DNA of 63,157 nucleotides, the filler included, from Chiloscyllium plagiosum (taxonomy: Eukaryota), in NCBI RefSeq assembly GCF_004010195.1. It is 5 parts of one record of this genome, joined end to end, with 100 filler letters (N's around TTAATTAATTAA, not from the genome) between each part and the next. Parts side by side here need not be neighbours in the genome. Positions count along the whole stretch, not along the records: positions 1 to 24,151 come from NC_057712.1; 4 more parts are not named here. One strand, written 5' to 3'. The translations under genes and the position numbers were made by a program. Below, in pieces: positions 1 through 12,680 of this stretch. Numbering within the stretch: the stretch's first letter is position 1; each line of letters begins with the position of its first letter. The notes below the pieces were generated by a model. That model did not search any database. It was not told the origin of the DNA and saw only the letters and a list, made by a program, of their open reading frames with translations.

Positions 1-175
1 TTTTTTTTCCGGTTGTTGTTGTTTTTGGTCCGGGACGAGCTTCTCCCTCCCGCGTCCGCAGCGGAAGAGCAGCCGACTGACGTCACCACTAGCGGTGCAC
101 AACGTCACACAGGGGCGGGGTTTGGGGGCGGTGGGCGGGGCGGGGCTTGGGGGCGGTGGGCGGGGCTTGGGAATC
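1..175 (-). promoter_or_regulatory. CpG-rich housekeeping-type promoter, probably of a minus-strand gene lying left of the window
   Basis: Perfect CRE palindrome TGACGTCA at 78-85, CGTCA half-site at 103-107, clustered GC boxes (GGGCGG) at 112-170, ETS-like CGGAAG at 62-67, and high CpG density relative to the flanks. Strand is inferred from motif order only. Confidence 0.65.
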
Positions 176-831
176 CTCTTGCTTGCTCCCTTAAAGGGGA
201 TCATTCAAACCTCCCATTCATAGAGTCATACAGCACGGAAACACAGCCTTTGGTCCAACCTGTCCAAGCCCACCACAATTATATCTATTATAGAGGCGTG
301 TAGCTAACTTTAACCAGAATATTTACATTAAAATAGCATGTTAAATTGAAACCATGCTTATGTAGCCTGCATTGACAATGGCCATTCTGTCAAGGAGATG
401 GCCATTCCTAGAATTCTGTCTCCTCATCACAGAAATCATTTCTTGGGCAGTCTCCCAATCATCCGGGGATGTACCTGTTATTCCAAGGTATGTCGTTCTC
501 TGATTGGCTATTGTTGCCCAGTGACGCTGCTGTTGACTCCTCCATGGGTGGATCCAACCCTGGCTTGAAGACACAACGCTTGGTCGACATCCCTGGTTCC
601 AACTAGACTGGCTAGGTGTTCTGAAGGACCTCCCTCCATGACCAACTGGTCCATGTGTCTCCTCCAGACAGTTCACCCCTAGTCTGCACTGTGTATGACA
701 ATGACCCTGTTTGAGCTACCACCACTGCTGGGATCCATTTCTCCCTAGCTGTATAATTTCATGCCATCACAGTCTTTCCTCTTTGGAATACCCCAGACTA
801 TGACGTTCCTGTCTTTCTGACCATTTGTCAA

Positions 832-3212
832 CCATTTCCCCAAAATTGACTGGGATTCACTTAGTGTTAGAGGTCTGGATGGAACAGAATTTGTTAGGAG
901 CATCCAGGATGGTTTTCTAGAGCAGTGTGTAAATAGTCCAACTCAGGAAGGGGCCATAGTTTGGGGAATGAGCCCGGCCAGGTGGTTAAAGTTTCAGTAG
1001 GGGATTACTTTGGGAATAGTGATCATAATTCCATTAAAATACTCATGGACAAAGATGCGCATGGTCCTTAAGGAAGAGCTAAATTGGGAGAAGGCCAACT
1101 GTAACAAAATTCGGCAGGAGCTGGGGAATGTAGATTGGGAGCAGGTAATGGAAGGGAAATCCACATTTGATATGTGGGAGGCTTTTAAAGAGAGATTGAT
1201 TAGTGTGCAGGTCAGACAAGTGCCTGTGAAAATGAGGGATAGAAATGGCAAGATTAGGGAACCATGGATGACAGGTGAAATTGTGAGACTAGCTAAGAGA
1301 AAAAAGAAAGCGTACATAAGGTCTAGGCGGCTGAAGCTTTGGAAGAATATCAGGAATGTAGGACCAATCTGAAACGAGGAATTAAGAGGCTAAAAGGGGT
1401 CATGAGATATCATTAGCGAGCAGGGTTAAGAAAAACTGCAAAGCCTTTTATTCATATATAAGGAGCAAGAGGGTAACTAGAGAAAGAGTTGGCCCACTCA
1501 AGGATAAAGGAGGAAAGATATGCATGGAGTGGAGAAAATGGGTGGGATTCTTAATGAGTACTTTGCATCGGTATTCACCGAGGAGAGGGACATGACGGAT
1601 GCTGAGGTTAGGGATAGATGTTTGATTACTCTAGGGCAAGTTGGCATAATGAGGGAGGAAGTGTTGGGTATTCTAAAAGGCGTTAAGGTGGACAAGTCCC
1701 CAGGTCTGGAAGTGGTCTATCCCATGTTACTGAGGGAAGTGAGAGAGGAAATAGCTGGGGCTTTAACAGATATCTTTGCAACATCCTTGAACATGGGGAA
1801 GGTCCCAGAGGACTGGAGAATTGCTAATGTTGCCCCCTTGTTTAAGAAGGGTAGCAAGGATAATCCAGATAATTACAGACCAGTGAGCCTGAAGTCAGTG
1901 GGAGGGAAGCTGCTGGAGAAGTTACTGAGGGATAGGATCTATTGGAAAAAAATGGGCTTATCAGTGATGGGCAGCATGGTTTTGTGCAGTGAAGTTAATG
2001 TCTTATCAAGTTAATAGAATTCTTTTAAGAAGTAACAAAGTTGGTTGATGAGGGAAGGGCTGTGGGTGTCATCTACATGGACTTCAGTAAGACATTTGAT
2101 AAGGTTCCCCATGGTAGGCTGATGGAGAAAGTGAAGTCGCATGGGGTCCAGATGGATAGAGAACTGGCCGGGCAACAGAAGACAGAGAGTAGTAATGGAA
2201 GGGAGCTTCTCAAAATGGAGACCTGTGACCAGTGGTGTTCCACAGGGATCCATGCTGGGACCGCTGCTGTCTGTGATATATGTATAAGTAATTTGGAGGA
2301 AGGTGTAGGTGGTCTGATTAGCAAGGTTGCAGATGACACTAAGATTGGTGAAGTAGCAGATAGTGAAGGGGACTGTCAGAGAATACAGCAGAATATAGAC
2401 AGATTGGAGAGTTGCGCAGAGAAATGGCAGATGGAGTTCAACCCAGGCAAATGTGAGGTGATGGATTTTGGAAGATCTAATTCAAGAAAGAACTATATGG
2501 TAAGTGTAAAAGCCCTGGGGAAAACTGATGTACAGAGAGATCTGGGTGTTCAGGTCCACTTTACCCTTAAGGTGGCAATGCAGGTCAGTAAAGTGGTCAA
2601 GAAGGCATATGGCATGCTTTCCTTCATTGGACAGGGTATTGAATACAAGGGTTGGCAGGTCATCTTACAGTTGTATGGGACTTTGGTTCGGTCACATTTG
2701 GAATGCTGCGTACAGTTCTAGTTACCACATCACCGAAAGGATGTGGATGCTTTGGAGAGGGTGCAGAGGAGGTTCACCAGGATGTTGCCTGGTATGGAGA
2801 GCGTTAGTTATAAAGAGAGGTTGAATAGATTAAGATAATTTTCATTAGAAAGACAGAGATAGAGGGGAGACCTGATTGAGGTGTACAAAATCATGAGAGG
2901 TGTAGGCAGCGTGGATAGCAAGAAGCTTTTTCCCAGAGCAGAGGACTCAATTAGTTCAAAATGAGTTCAAAGTGAGAGGGGAAAGGTTTAGGGAGATATG
3001 CGTGGAAAGTTCTTTATGCAGAGGATGGTGAGTGCCTGGAACACATATCCAGTGTAGGTACATGGCATCTGGACAGATACATGAATGGGCAGGGAGCAGA
3101 GGGATACAGATCCTTAGAAAATAGACAATAGGTTTACATAGAGAATCTGGATCGGCACAGGCTTGGAGGGCCGAAGGGCCTGTTCCTGTGCTGTAATTTT
3201 ATATGTTCTTTG
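832..3212 (+). mobile_element. CR1/HER1-type LINE, 5'-truncated ORF2 (EN end, RT) plus 3' UTR, decayed
   Basis: ORF pieces VPEDWRIANVAPLFKKG...NYRPVSL, YMDFSKTFDKVPH, SKVADDTKIG, EKWQMEFN; 3' tail GGCCGAAGGGCCTGTTCCTGTGCTGTA. Confidence 0.92.
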
Positions 3213-3309
3213 TCCTTCTTGATTTCATTCCATCACCTCTCTGGTCCCTTCTGGCCAAGTCAAACATGGTTCTCAGTTGGTGGTTGTACATTAAAGACGC
3301 CAGCAAGAA

Positions 3310-4262
3310 TTGGTGCTGGGTTAACTGCTGTTCATCATTTATATAAACATTTTGGATGAGAATACAGGAGGCTTGGTTAGTAAGTTTGTGGATGATTTGT
3401 GGTATAGTGAACAGTGAAGAAGGTTATCTAAGAATACAACAGGATCTTGATCAAATGGGCTGGTGGGTGGAGGAATGGCAGATGGAGTTTAATTCAGATA
3501 AATGTGAAAGTGTTGCATTTTGGTAAAACAAACCAGGCAGGATTTACACAGTTAATGGTATGGCCCTGTGGAGTGTTGTTGAACAGAGAGAACTAGGGGT
3601 GCAGGTACACAGTTCCTTGAAAGTGGTGTCACCGGGTGGACAGGGTGGGGAAGTAGGCATTCGGTCCACTTGCCTTCATTGGGCGGAGTGCTGAGTACAG
3701 GAGTCAGGACTTCGTGTTACAAGACATTGGCGAGGCCACATTTGGAATACTGCGTACAATTCTGTTCACCCTGATACAGGAAGTACGTCATTAAACTGGA
3801 AAGGGTTCAGAAAAGATGTTACTGAGGCTGGAGAGTTTGAGTTGTAAGGAGGCTGGGATAGGCTGGGCCGTTTTTTTACTGAAGCATAGGAGTCTGAGGC
3901 TTGACCTTATAGAGGCGTACAAAATCTTGAGGAGCATAGAAAAGGTGAATAGCCAAGGTCTGTTTCCCCAGGGTAGGGGAGTCCAAGAAGGCATAGGTTT
4001 AAGGTGAAAGGGGAGAGATTTAAAAGGGGTAACATTTTTTTCACAGAGGGTGGTGTGTGTATGGAACGAGCTGCTAGAGGAAGTGGTGAAGGTGGTTACA
4101 ATTACAACATTTGAAAGACCTTAGTACAGGTGGATGGATAGGAAAGGTTTCGAAAGATATGGGCCAAATGCAGGCAAATGGGATTAGTTCAATTTAGGAA
4201 GCCTGGTCAGCAGGAATGAGTTGGGCTGAAGGGCCTGTTTCTATGCTGAATGACTCTGACTC
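3310..4262 (+). mobile_element. CR1-type LINE 3' fragment
   Basis: WQMEFNSDKC and LRLDLIEAYKIL motifs plus CR1-type 3' UTR. Confidence 0.88.
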
Positions 4263-4366
4263 CCATGAATGATCTCAGTTCAGACACATTCTCTGCTCTC
4301 GGCACTTTCATGGTTGCCTCTGTCTTTTCTGGGTGCTTTTGTGACGTTCCTTGCCATTAACTACAT

Positions 4367-4552
4367 GAGCTGAAAATGTGTTGCTGGAAAAGCGCAGCAG
4401 GTCAGGCAGCATCCAAGGAGCAGGAGAATCAGGAAGGGCTTATGCCCGAAACGTCGATTCTCCTGCTCCTTGGATGCTGCCTGACCTGCTGCGCTTTTCC
4501 AGCAACACATTTTCAGCTCTGATCTCCAGCATCTGCAGTCCTCACTTTCTCC
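4367..4552. mobile_element. Short fold-back Penelope-like element derivative with 15-bp TSD
   Basis: Inverted arms GAGCTGAAAATGTGTTGCTGGAAAAGCGCAGC...GCTGCGCTTTTCCAGCAACACATTTTCAGCTC; TSD CCATTAACTACATGA at 4354-4368 and 4551-4565; partial hammerhead GGGCTTATGCCCGAAACGTC. Confidence 0.8.
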
Positions 4553-5250
4553 ATTAACTACATGACCAAAGTACTCTATGGAGTCTTTCAAAAGCTCCCA
4601 TTTCTCCCTTTTTACTTGTAAACCATGCTCCTATGACCTTGTTAAGGTTCATTTGGGATTTTCAAATGCTCCTCTTCAGAGAATCCAGTAATCAAACTCT
4701 TGTCCAGATAACAGTGGACCCCTGGAAATCCACTTAATGTTTGTTCCATGATCCTCTGGAATAGAGCTGGTGCTGACGTGATGCCGAAAGGCAGGTGCTT
4801 GTCGTGGGACAGTCCCCTGTGTGTTGCTGTCATCACCAGCAGCTGGAACTCCTTCCTGACCCCCATCTGCTGGTGGGCCTGTGACACACCCATTATTAAG
4901 AATTTCTTACCCCCAGCCAGACCACTGAACAGGTTCTCCTTGCATGGAAGTGGGTATTGACCCACACACAGACCTGATAGTCACTACAAATCTCCACTGC
5001 GTCATGTGTTTTTAAAACTGGAACAATTGGAGTGGCCTATTCACTGGTAGTTACTGGTTCATCAGCTGTTCCAACTCGGCTTCCACTTTAGGCCCAATGG
5101 CCCAGATGCACTTTCAGACTGCAAGGACACACATTGCGCTTCAGCTGTCATTTAATTTCAATTCCTTTCATTTCCCCCAGGGTTCCTTTGAACACATTGT
5201 TGTACTTGTCCAGGAATCTCTGGCAGCAAGACACCATTCAGCACCAACAC

Positions 5251-5503
5251 CTTAAGACCATCCCACCATATCCCAGCGATTCCCATGGCTAACCCACCAA
5301 ACCTGCACATCCCTAATTTAGCATGACCAATCCATGTAAGGTGCACGTCTTTGGACTGAGGGAGGAAACCGGAACACCCGGAGGAAACCCACGCAGACAC
5401 GGGGAGATGGTGAAAATTCAATACAGACAGTTGCCTGAGGGTGGAATCGAACCCAGGTGCCCGGCGCTGTGAGGCAGCAGTGCCAACCACTGAGTTACCG
5501 TCC
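5251..5503 (-). mobile_element. HE1-type tRNA-derived SINE
   Basis: Minus strand reads CTCAGTGGTTGGCACTGCTGCCTCACAGCGCC...GGTTCGATTCC (A/B boxes) and GGGTTTCCTCCGGGTGTTCCGGTTTCCTCC core. Confidence 0.88.
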
Positions 5504-5844
5504 CGCTCATGTGCTTGGGTCTGACAGCCTAGAACCACTCCACCCTTAATTTTTGTAATAAGGAGTATTTGAATAATGCAGGTATTTATCCTCTATTATG
5601 TAAAGTGATAATTCTGCACATTGGTCCCTGAACTGTACTTTCACCAGGTCATAGCCCTTCACTGGCATCACTTGCTCAATGTGTGTCCATGGTATAATCT
5701 TGGTAGTGCCCTCACGTTCTCCCTGTGGGCTGACCAGGGATTCAGGGAGATAGCTGCGCCCGAGTCCACTTCCATCTTTACTGTGAAGAACCCAGAAATG
5801 ACCAGCTTCACCCCGTAACGACAGGATGTTTAATGAAAACTCTG

Positions 5845-6531
5845 TCGGCTCTGGGCCATTTGTCTCTCCCTCAGACCCGGCTGGCTCTGGGCCATCTGTC
5901 TCTCTCCCTCAGACCCGTCTGTCTCTCGCTCAGACGTGGCTGGCTCTGGGCCGTCTGTCTCTCCCTCAGACCGGGCTGGCTCTGGGCCGTCTGTCTGTCC
6001 CTCAGACCCGGCTAGCTCTGGGCCGTCTGTCTCTCTCTCTCAGTCATGGGTGGCTCTGGGCCGTCTGTCTATCCTTCAGACCTGGCTGGCTCTGGGCTGT
6101 CTGTCTCTCGCTCTCAGACCCGGCTGGCTCTGGGCCGTCTGTCTCTCACTCAGACGTGGCTGGCTCTGGGCCGTCAGTGTATCTCCCTCAGATGTGGCTG
6201 GCTCTGGTCCGTCTGTCTCTTTCCCTCAGACCCGACTGGCTCTGGGCCGTCTGTCTCTTTCCCTCAGACCCGGCTAGCTCTGGGCTGTCTGTCTCTCCCT
6301 CAGACGTGGCTGGCTCTGGGCCGTCTGTCTCTCGCTCTAGACGTGGCTGGCTCTGGGCCGTCTGTCTCTCGCTCTCAGACCCGGCTGGCTCTGGGCCGTC
6401 TGTCTCTTTCCCTCAGACCCGGCTGGCTCTGGGCAGTCTGTCTCTTTCCCTCAGACCCGGCTGGCTCTGGGCTGTCTGTCTGTCTCTCAGACCCAGCTGG
6501 CTCTGGGCCGTCTGTCCCTCTCCCTCAGACC
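5845..6531. repeat. 36-38 bp minisatellite (GGCTCTGGGCCGTCTGTCTCTCCCTCAGACCCGGCT)n
   Basis: About 19 tandem imperfect units seen directly; explains the repetitive ORFs at 5826-6956. Confidence 0.92.
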
Positions 6532-7751
6532 TGTGCCATCATCAGCCGCTTGCGTGCAAAGTAATTTCCAAACAATTCTCTAGTCGCACCCAGACTCCTT
6601 GGATTCACACTGATCGTGTTCCTGCTGGTGCTGAAGCAACCAGTTCCATGATGTCCTCAGCCACTGTGTTTGTGTTTAAAACCCAATTTTCTGACTCTGT
6701 CAAACAGGTCCATTGCCCCAATTGGCCCGCTATTTTGTTTTCTGGTCACTTGAGTCTATTGGCTGTTCACAGCTCGTCTACCCTTGGTGGTAGCCACTCC
6801 CTCGTCGGCTGTGCTTGCATACTGTACCTCCCTGGCATTGCCTGCAACCTGAATGCCATCGTGACCGCTCTCCATGATGACTCCAGTAGCTCCTGTTTAT
6901 TCAGCTGTCAGCCTGAGTCCCTTCAGTACCACTGCTGTCCGCTCACTCTCCGGTGAGTACCTGTTTTCCTGCTGTTGACTGCATTGTGGGTTCACTCGTG
7001 ACCACTTCCCTCCTTAATCCTGCACCATTTCCAAAATCTGGGCAACATCTCCTCTGAAAGAAAGCCGGTGTTTACACACAGTTTGAGGGCTGGATCCCTC
7101 TCGTGTCACCAGTTGTGTTGTTGGTACTTTATTTGGAAGCAGGAATTTAAAAATATCCCAGGTAGGCAAATCGGAAACCTGAACGGGAATACCCCATTGA
7201 CAATGCTCACACCTCCACAGCTGGTTCTAGACTGGACACAAACTCCATCCCTCGAGATCACCTGACCAGCTTTCTTAAAGTGGCAGCATCCCCAAAGACA
7301 TACGTTAACAGTCCCCTGGTCAGGAGCTGGTCACAATATTGTTGTTAAGTGCTTGTCTCTTAAAACCATCTGCTCCGTGGTGCCTGCATTTTGCCTCCAT
7401 TACTTTAGGGGAAAGCGACATTGTACACAACGCACCATGCTCCAGAAAGACAACTTTCACACAGCAGCCAGTACCTTATGCAGCTAGCTTTCTTTGTTTA
7501 GTTCAGAAACAAAACTCATGAAAATGTTCTAACCATTTTTACATGCCTTCAACTTTCGGAAAGATGAACGAGCATTCAGAAATGTGTTTTATCACAAGGA
7601 ACGTGACATCAAGACAAAACAACGAATCTTACATTAATTCATCTTCACTGTTCCCTTCTATTAGTCTAACAGAATCGTTTATTAGCTCCTAAATTTTTAA
7701 TTTATTTCATCATTTTACAATCAGAACAAGGCATCTGTGATTATATTATCT

Positions 7752-9348
7752 TGACCAGCAAAGTGGAGCCGCAGAAAGTGGGGGGAGATACTAAACGAGT
7801 ATTTTGCATCAGTATTTACTGTGGAAAAGGATATGGAAGATATAGACTGTAGGGAAATAGATGGTGACGTCTTGCAAAATGTCCAGATTACAGAGGAGGA
7901 AGTGCTGGATGTCTGNNNNNNNNNNNNNNNNNNNNNNNNNNNNNNNNNNNNNNNNNNNNNNNNNNNNNNNNNNNNNNNNNNNNNNNNNNNNNNNNNNNNN
8001 NNNNNNNNNNNNNNNNNNNNNNNNNNNNNNNNNNNNNNNNNNNNNNNNNNNNNNNNNNNNNNNNNNNNNNNNNNNNNNNNNNNNNNNNNNNNNNNNNNNN
8101 NNNNNNNNNNNNNNNNNNNNNNNNNNNNNNNNNNNNNNNNNNNNNNNNNNNNNNNNNNNNNNNNNNNNNNNNNNNNNNNNNNNNNNNNNNNNNNNNNNNN
8201 NNNNNNNNNNNNNNNNNNNNNNNNNNNNNNNNNNNNNNNNNNNNNNNNNNNNNNNNNNNNNNNNNNNNNNNNNNNNNNNNNNNNNNNNNNNNNNNNNNNN
8301 NNNNNNNNNNNNNNNNNNNNNNNNNNNNNNNNNNNNNNNNNNNNNNNNNNNNNNNNNNNNNNNNNNNNNNNNNNNNNNNNNNNNNNNNNNNNNNNNNNNN
8401 NNNNNNNNNNNNNNNNNNNNNNNNNNNNNNNNNNNNNNNNNNNNNNNNNNNNNNNNNNNNNNNNNNNNNNNNNNNNNNNNNNNNNNNNNNNNNNNNNNNN
8501 NNNNNNNNNNNNNNNNNNNNNNNNNNNNNNNNNNNNNNNNNNNNNNNNNNNNNNNNNNNNNNNNNNNNNNNNNNNNNNNNNNNNNNNNNNNNNNNNNNNN
8601 NNNNNNNNNNNNNNNNNNNNNNNNNNNNNNNNNNNNNNNNNNNNNNNNNNNNNNNNNNNNNNNNNNNNNNNNNNNNNNNNNNNNNNNNNNNNNNNNNNNN
8701 NNNNNNNNNNNNNNNNNNNNNNNNNNNNNNNNNNNNNNNNNNNNNNNNNNNNNNNNNNNNNNNNNNNNNNNNNNNNNNNNNNNNNNNNNNNNNNNNNNNN
8801 NNNNNNNNNNNNNNNNNNNNNNNNNNNNNNNNNNNNNNNNNNNNNNNNNNNNNNNNNNNNNNNNNNNNNNNNNNNNNNNNNNNNCCCCCCCTTAATTTTA
8901 AGCTATGCCCCCTTGTAATACCCCACTCCATACGCCGGAAAAGGTTCACACTGTCCACCCTATCTAACCCCCTAATCATCTTGTACACCTCAATCAAGTC
9001 ACCCCTAAACCTTCTTTTCTCTAATGAAAACAGCTCCAAGTGTCTCAATCTTTCCTCATACGATCTTCCTTCCATACCTTCCATAAAGGGAGTCCACAAC
9101 TAGAAGGCATAGGTTTAGGATGAGAGGGGAAAGATTTAAAAGGGACTTTAGGGGCAAATTTTCACACAGAGAGTGGTACGCGTATGGCATGTGCTGCCGG
9201 AGGAAGTGTGGAGATGGGTACAATTGCAACATTTAAAAGGCATCTGGATGGGTACATGAACAGGAAGGGTTTAGAGGGATATGGGTCAAATGCTGGCATA
9301 TAGGACTAGACTAGGTTAGGATATCTGGTTGGCATGGACAAGTTGGGC
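7752..9348. mobile_element. CR1-type LINE fragments around an assembly gap (7752-7915 +, gap 7916-8884, 8885-9085 -, 9086-9348 +)
   Basis: EILNEYFASVFTVEKD before the gap; LFSLEKRRFRGDLIEVYK on the minus strand after it; 3' UTR on plus. Confidence 0.8.
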
Positions 9349-9890
9349 ACCCAGTATAGAGGAGGGAGGGCAGGTCTGAAGACCTCCTCGTCGGTCTGCT
9401 CCTGGGCCTGGCCAAACTGGCCATAAACAGGTCCAGGCAGCGGGCCGTGGAGGGGGTCGTTAGGGTTGACTGCCTGCCCCCCTTCCGCGGTTACGTTAGG
9501 GCCCGGGTGTCCTTGGAGAAGGAGCATGCGGTGTCCACCAACACTTGGGAGTTGTTCAGGGAGAGGTGGGCGCCGCAGGGAGTGGGGTGCATCATTTCCC
9601 TCTCCAATTCTACTTTGATTTAATCCCTGCCCTCCCCTTCACTATTTGATCACGCTGCATTGCCCTTTGATGTGAAGGGCAATGCTTGTCACTGGCCACT
9701 CGGGTGTTTCCTTTCTTCCTGGTGGTGGAAACTGAATAAAGATTCATGCACCTCGTGTCTCTCACTGTGTCTCACACCTGCACACACACACCATGGGTGC
9801 TGGGGAATAAATAAGCACCGCACTGCAGTTAGGCAGTAGTGTGGGGGTAAAAAGAAACAGGAGAAAAAAAAGGAAAAAAAATAAACAGGA
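9345..9890 (+). mobile_element. Tx1-like (L1 clade) LINE 3' end with A-rich tail
   Basis: Translates EDLLVGLLLGLAKLAINRSRQRAVEG...FRGYVRARVSLEKEHAVSTNTWELFRERWAPQGVGCII, typical of Tx1-type ORF2 C-termini; followed by AATAAA and an A-rich tail. Confidence 0.7.
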
Positions 9891-10896
9891 GTGTCAGACA
9901 TTCTGTTCAGTCTGAGAAAAAAAATCCTCAAGCATTTCTGCTTTAATTAAGTCATCATCAAGTTATGAACATTTTCCCACACATCTGCTTTCTGGTGCAT
10001 TGTCCTACTTTCAACTCAGGTTGCTTTGTTGGTTTAGTTACTTCAGTGAAATCAATTTCTTCAAATGGAAGAGAACCTTGATTGCTGATCAGTGTTTCTG
10101 TTTAATGACAGCACTTCACTGGTGCATCGTACAATCTAACTGTATATCCAATGTCTGAAGCAACAGCATCTAAACTTTCTGACCCTCACATTTCATCCAA
10201 ATCTATCAAATCTTCCTGCTCATCAAGGGGAATGTCAGTGCAACATTCCGATGTGAATCTCAGTTGCCTCAGGTTTCAGTGCAAAGTTTGACGATGTTGA
10301 TTCCCCAGGGCTCAGGGACGGGCCCTGGCTGTTTGTGATTGATATGATTTAGACTTGAATGTAGGAGGACTGATCAGGAACTCCTCAGGCAATAGGAAAA
10401 TTGATGGGTGGTAAACAGTGATGTGGTTAGACTGAGAAGGGCCCTTTTTCTATGCTGTAGACCTTTACGACTCTATGACGATGACCTTATGAATTTCTGA
10501 TTTTATCTTCTCTCTTCCATCATTGCCACTAGAAAACTTCCTGACTTCAAAAATGACATCAAAGACTCAGAAATATCGATACTTCCTGATAATAGTTGGA
10601 CCAATTTACATTAGATTCTGAACAGGGAACATAATAACCATTTTATATTCTCTGAATTGTATAAATGCTGTCTGCTTATCCCGAAACTACTCTTCACTGG
10701 ACAATGCTAACCTTTCCAGAGCACAGTCTGACAGATCCAAACAAGCTGCTTCTGTTGAGAGGAAAAGGATGAACATTTCATTGCAGATACTCCTTGATCT
10801 CCGACTCACTGGGCAAAATGACTCCTCAGTATTGCCATTGAGATTTCAACCTGATGATAGTGATGAATCTGTGACAGGACGTTGAATTGACTTCGA

Positions 10897-11150
10897 TTAG
10901 ATTCCTCACAGTCTGGAAACAGGCCCTTCGGCCCAACAAGTCCACACCAACCCTCCAAAGAGTAACCCACCCAGACCCATTTGCCATATTTACATCTGAA
11001 TAATGCACTTAACACTGGTCAATTCACCTGACCTGCACATCTTTGGACTGTGGGAGGGAACTAGAGCACCCGGAGGAAACCCACACAGACACGGGGAGAA
11101 TGTGCAAACTCCACAGACAGTCGCCTGAGGGTAGAATCGAACCTGGGACC
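10897..11150 (-). mobile_element. HE1-type SINE (5'-truncated)
   Basis: HE1 core (GTGTGGGTTTCCTCCGGGTGCTCTAGTTCCCTCCCACAGTCCAAAGATGTGCAGG) and CR1-shared tail on the minus strand. Confidence 0.88.
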
Positions 11151-12257
11151 TTATTCTGTCGTTTCACTTTTGTTATTGACATATTCCTGGATTTGAGCTT
11201 CAGATTCAACACTTTCAGCCCCTGCCTCAACAGAAAGATTGATTTCTTAATCACATTTAGAGTTTCCACTGAATTAACTAATACCTCATCTGCATCAACC
11301 AAAATTTCTTTCAAAGATCTGACTGAATTTTTTATTACAATCCTCCTTGGACAATTTATTTAATGGTCCTGAAAGGGGGTTCCTCTGGGAGTCAGGTTGG
11401 CATCTCCATCAGTGTGAGCACATCCTGGCGTCCTGCTTTTGTTTTCAGGAACAGTCTGACACAGTCCACTACCACTTGGCAAAGTGGGTCTTCTCAAACT
11501 GCCACAGGGAGCAAAGTTGCCGCTCTGCTGGGGTTCCCCTCCTACCTGACACGTCCCACACTGAGCAGTACGACTTCTCCCTGGGGCTGGGTCCATGTCA
11601 ACTCCCTATTTCTCCACGTCAGTGTTTCCTGTTTTCCTACACGTCCTGTCAGAGGAACTTCATGTCCCCCTCCCAGTATCCCCCGATGAGATCTGGGCAG
11701 CATCACTAGCTGATGAACAACAGTCCATTCCTTATCTGCAGGTCCGTGGTGGGGCCTCTACTCCCTCATCAGAGTTCTGTTTCTGATACAGTAAAACTGT
11801 GGAACAGCTCCAGTTTCAGAGTGAGCTGTCTATGCTGACTGACTTCACTCCAGATCTGTTTCCTGAGCCTCCAATACCGAACGACAATGATCCTGATTGT
11901 TAACTGGGGGTTTCAGCTCTGCAAACATCTGCATGTGGGCTCTGGGCCTGGTCTTTCTTTAGTCACTACACACAAGGGAACAATACCCAGATCCTGTTCT
12001 TGTAACTGATCTGTCCCCGGAGCACCAACTGGCCTTACTGTGCTTCATAGGGGAGCTGTAACTTGCACTGCCAGTAAATCATTCCCCAGGAGTTATCTTC
12101 CTTTCAGATTAAAAACCCTTCATAACTCTCATCCACCCTCTGTACACCATCTCCACTCACAGCAGTCTCGACCGCTGGTTCCTTAGCTGTAGTTAAAGCT
12201 CCAATCAAATCATGGGGCCATTTCGTAATGACTCATTCTCATAGACCCCATGTGTTT

Positions 12258-12680
12258 CCCTCTCAGAACTGACCCTCTGACAGTGTAGCATTCCCTCAGC
12301 ACTGACCCTCTGATAGTGCGGCACTCCCTCAGCATTGACCTTCCAACGGTGTGGCACTCCCTTAGTACTGACCCTCTGACAGTGCAGCATTCCCTCAGTA
12401 GTGACCCTCTGACAGTGCAGCACTGACCATCTGACAGTGCAGCACTCCCTCAGCATTGACCTTCCAATGGTGTGGCACTCCCTTAGTACTGACCCTCTGA
12501 CAGTGCCGCACTCCCTCAGTACTGACCCTCTGACAGTGCGGCACTCCCTCAGCACTGACCCTCCGACAGTGCCCACTCCCTCAGCACTGACCCTCCGGCA
12601 GTGCCCATTCCCTCAGCACTGACCCTCTGACAGTGCGGCACTCCCTCAGCACTGACCCACTGACAGCGTGGCGCTCCTTC
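12258..12680. repeat. 33-bp tandem repeat (CACTCCCTCAGCACTGACCCTCTGACAGTGCGG)n
   Basis: About 13 imperfect units; reverse complement of the array at 25286-26490. Confidence 0.9.

Larger units (their letters stand above)
340..7337 (-). mobile_element. Decayed Gypsy/Ty3 LTR retrotransposon (Mag-like) split by CR1, Penelope-like, SINE and minisatellite insertions
   Basis: RT remnant at 4642-4965 (LPFGITSAPALFQRIMEQTLSGFPGVHCYLD). Integrase C-terminal remnants near 640-770 (KWIPAVVVAQTGSLSYTV...VWRRHMDQL) and 3250-3300 (SLMYNHQLRTMFDL). PBS-like TGGTGACACGAG at 7100-7111 follows an LTR-like segment at ~7113-7337 with AATAAA. Confidence 0.75.

Noticed and set aside
7821..9099. Long ORFs spanning N runs (also 14527-15321, 50693-51743)
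   Set aside because: Artefacts of translating assembly gaps.
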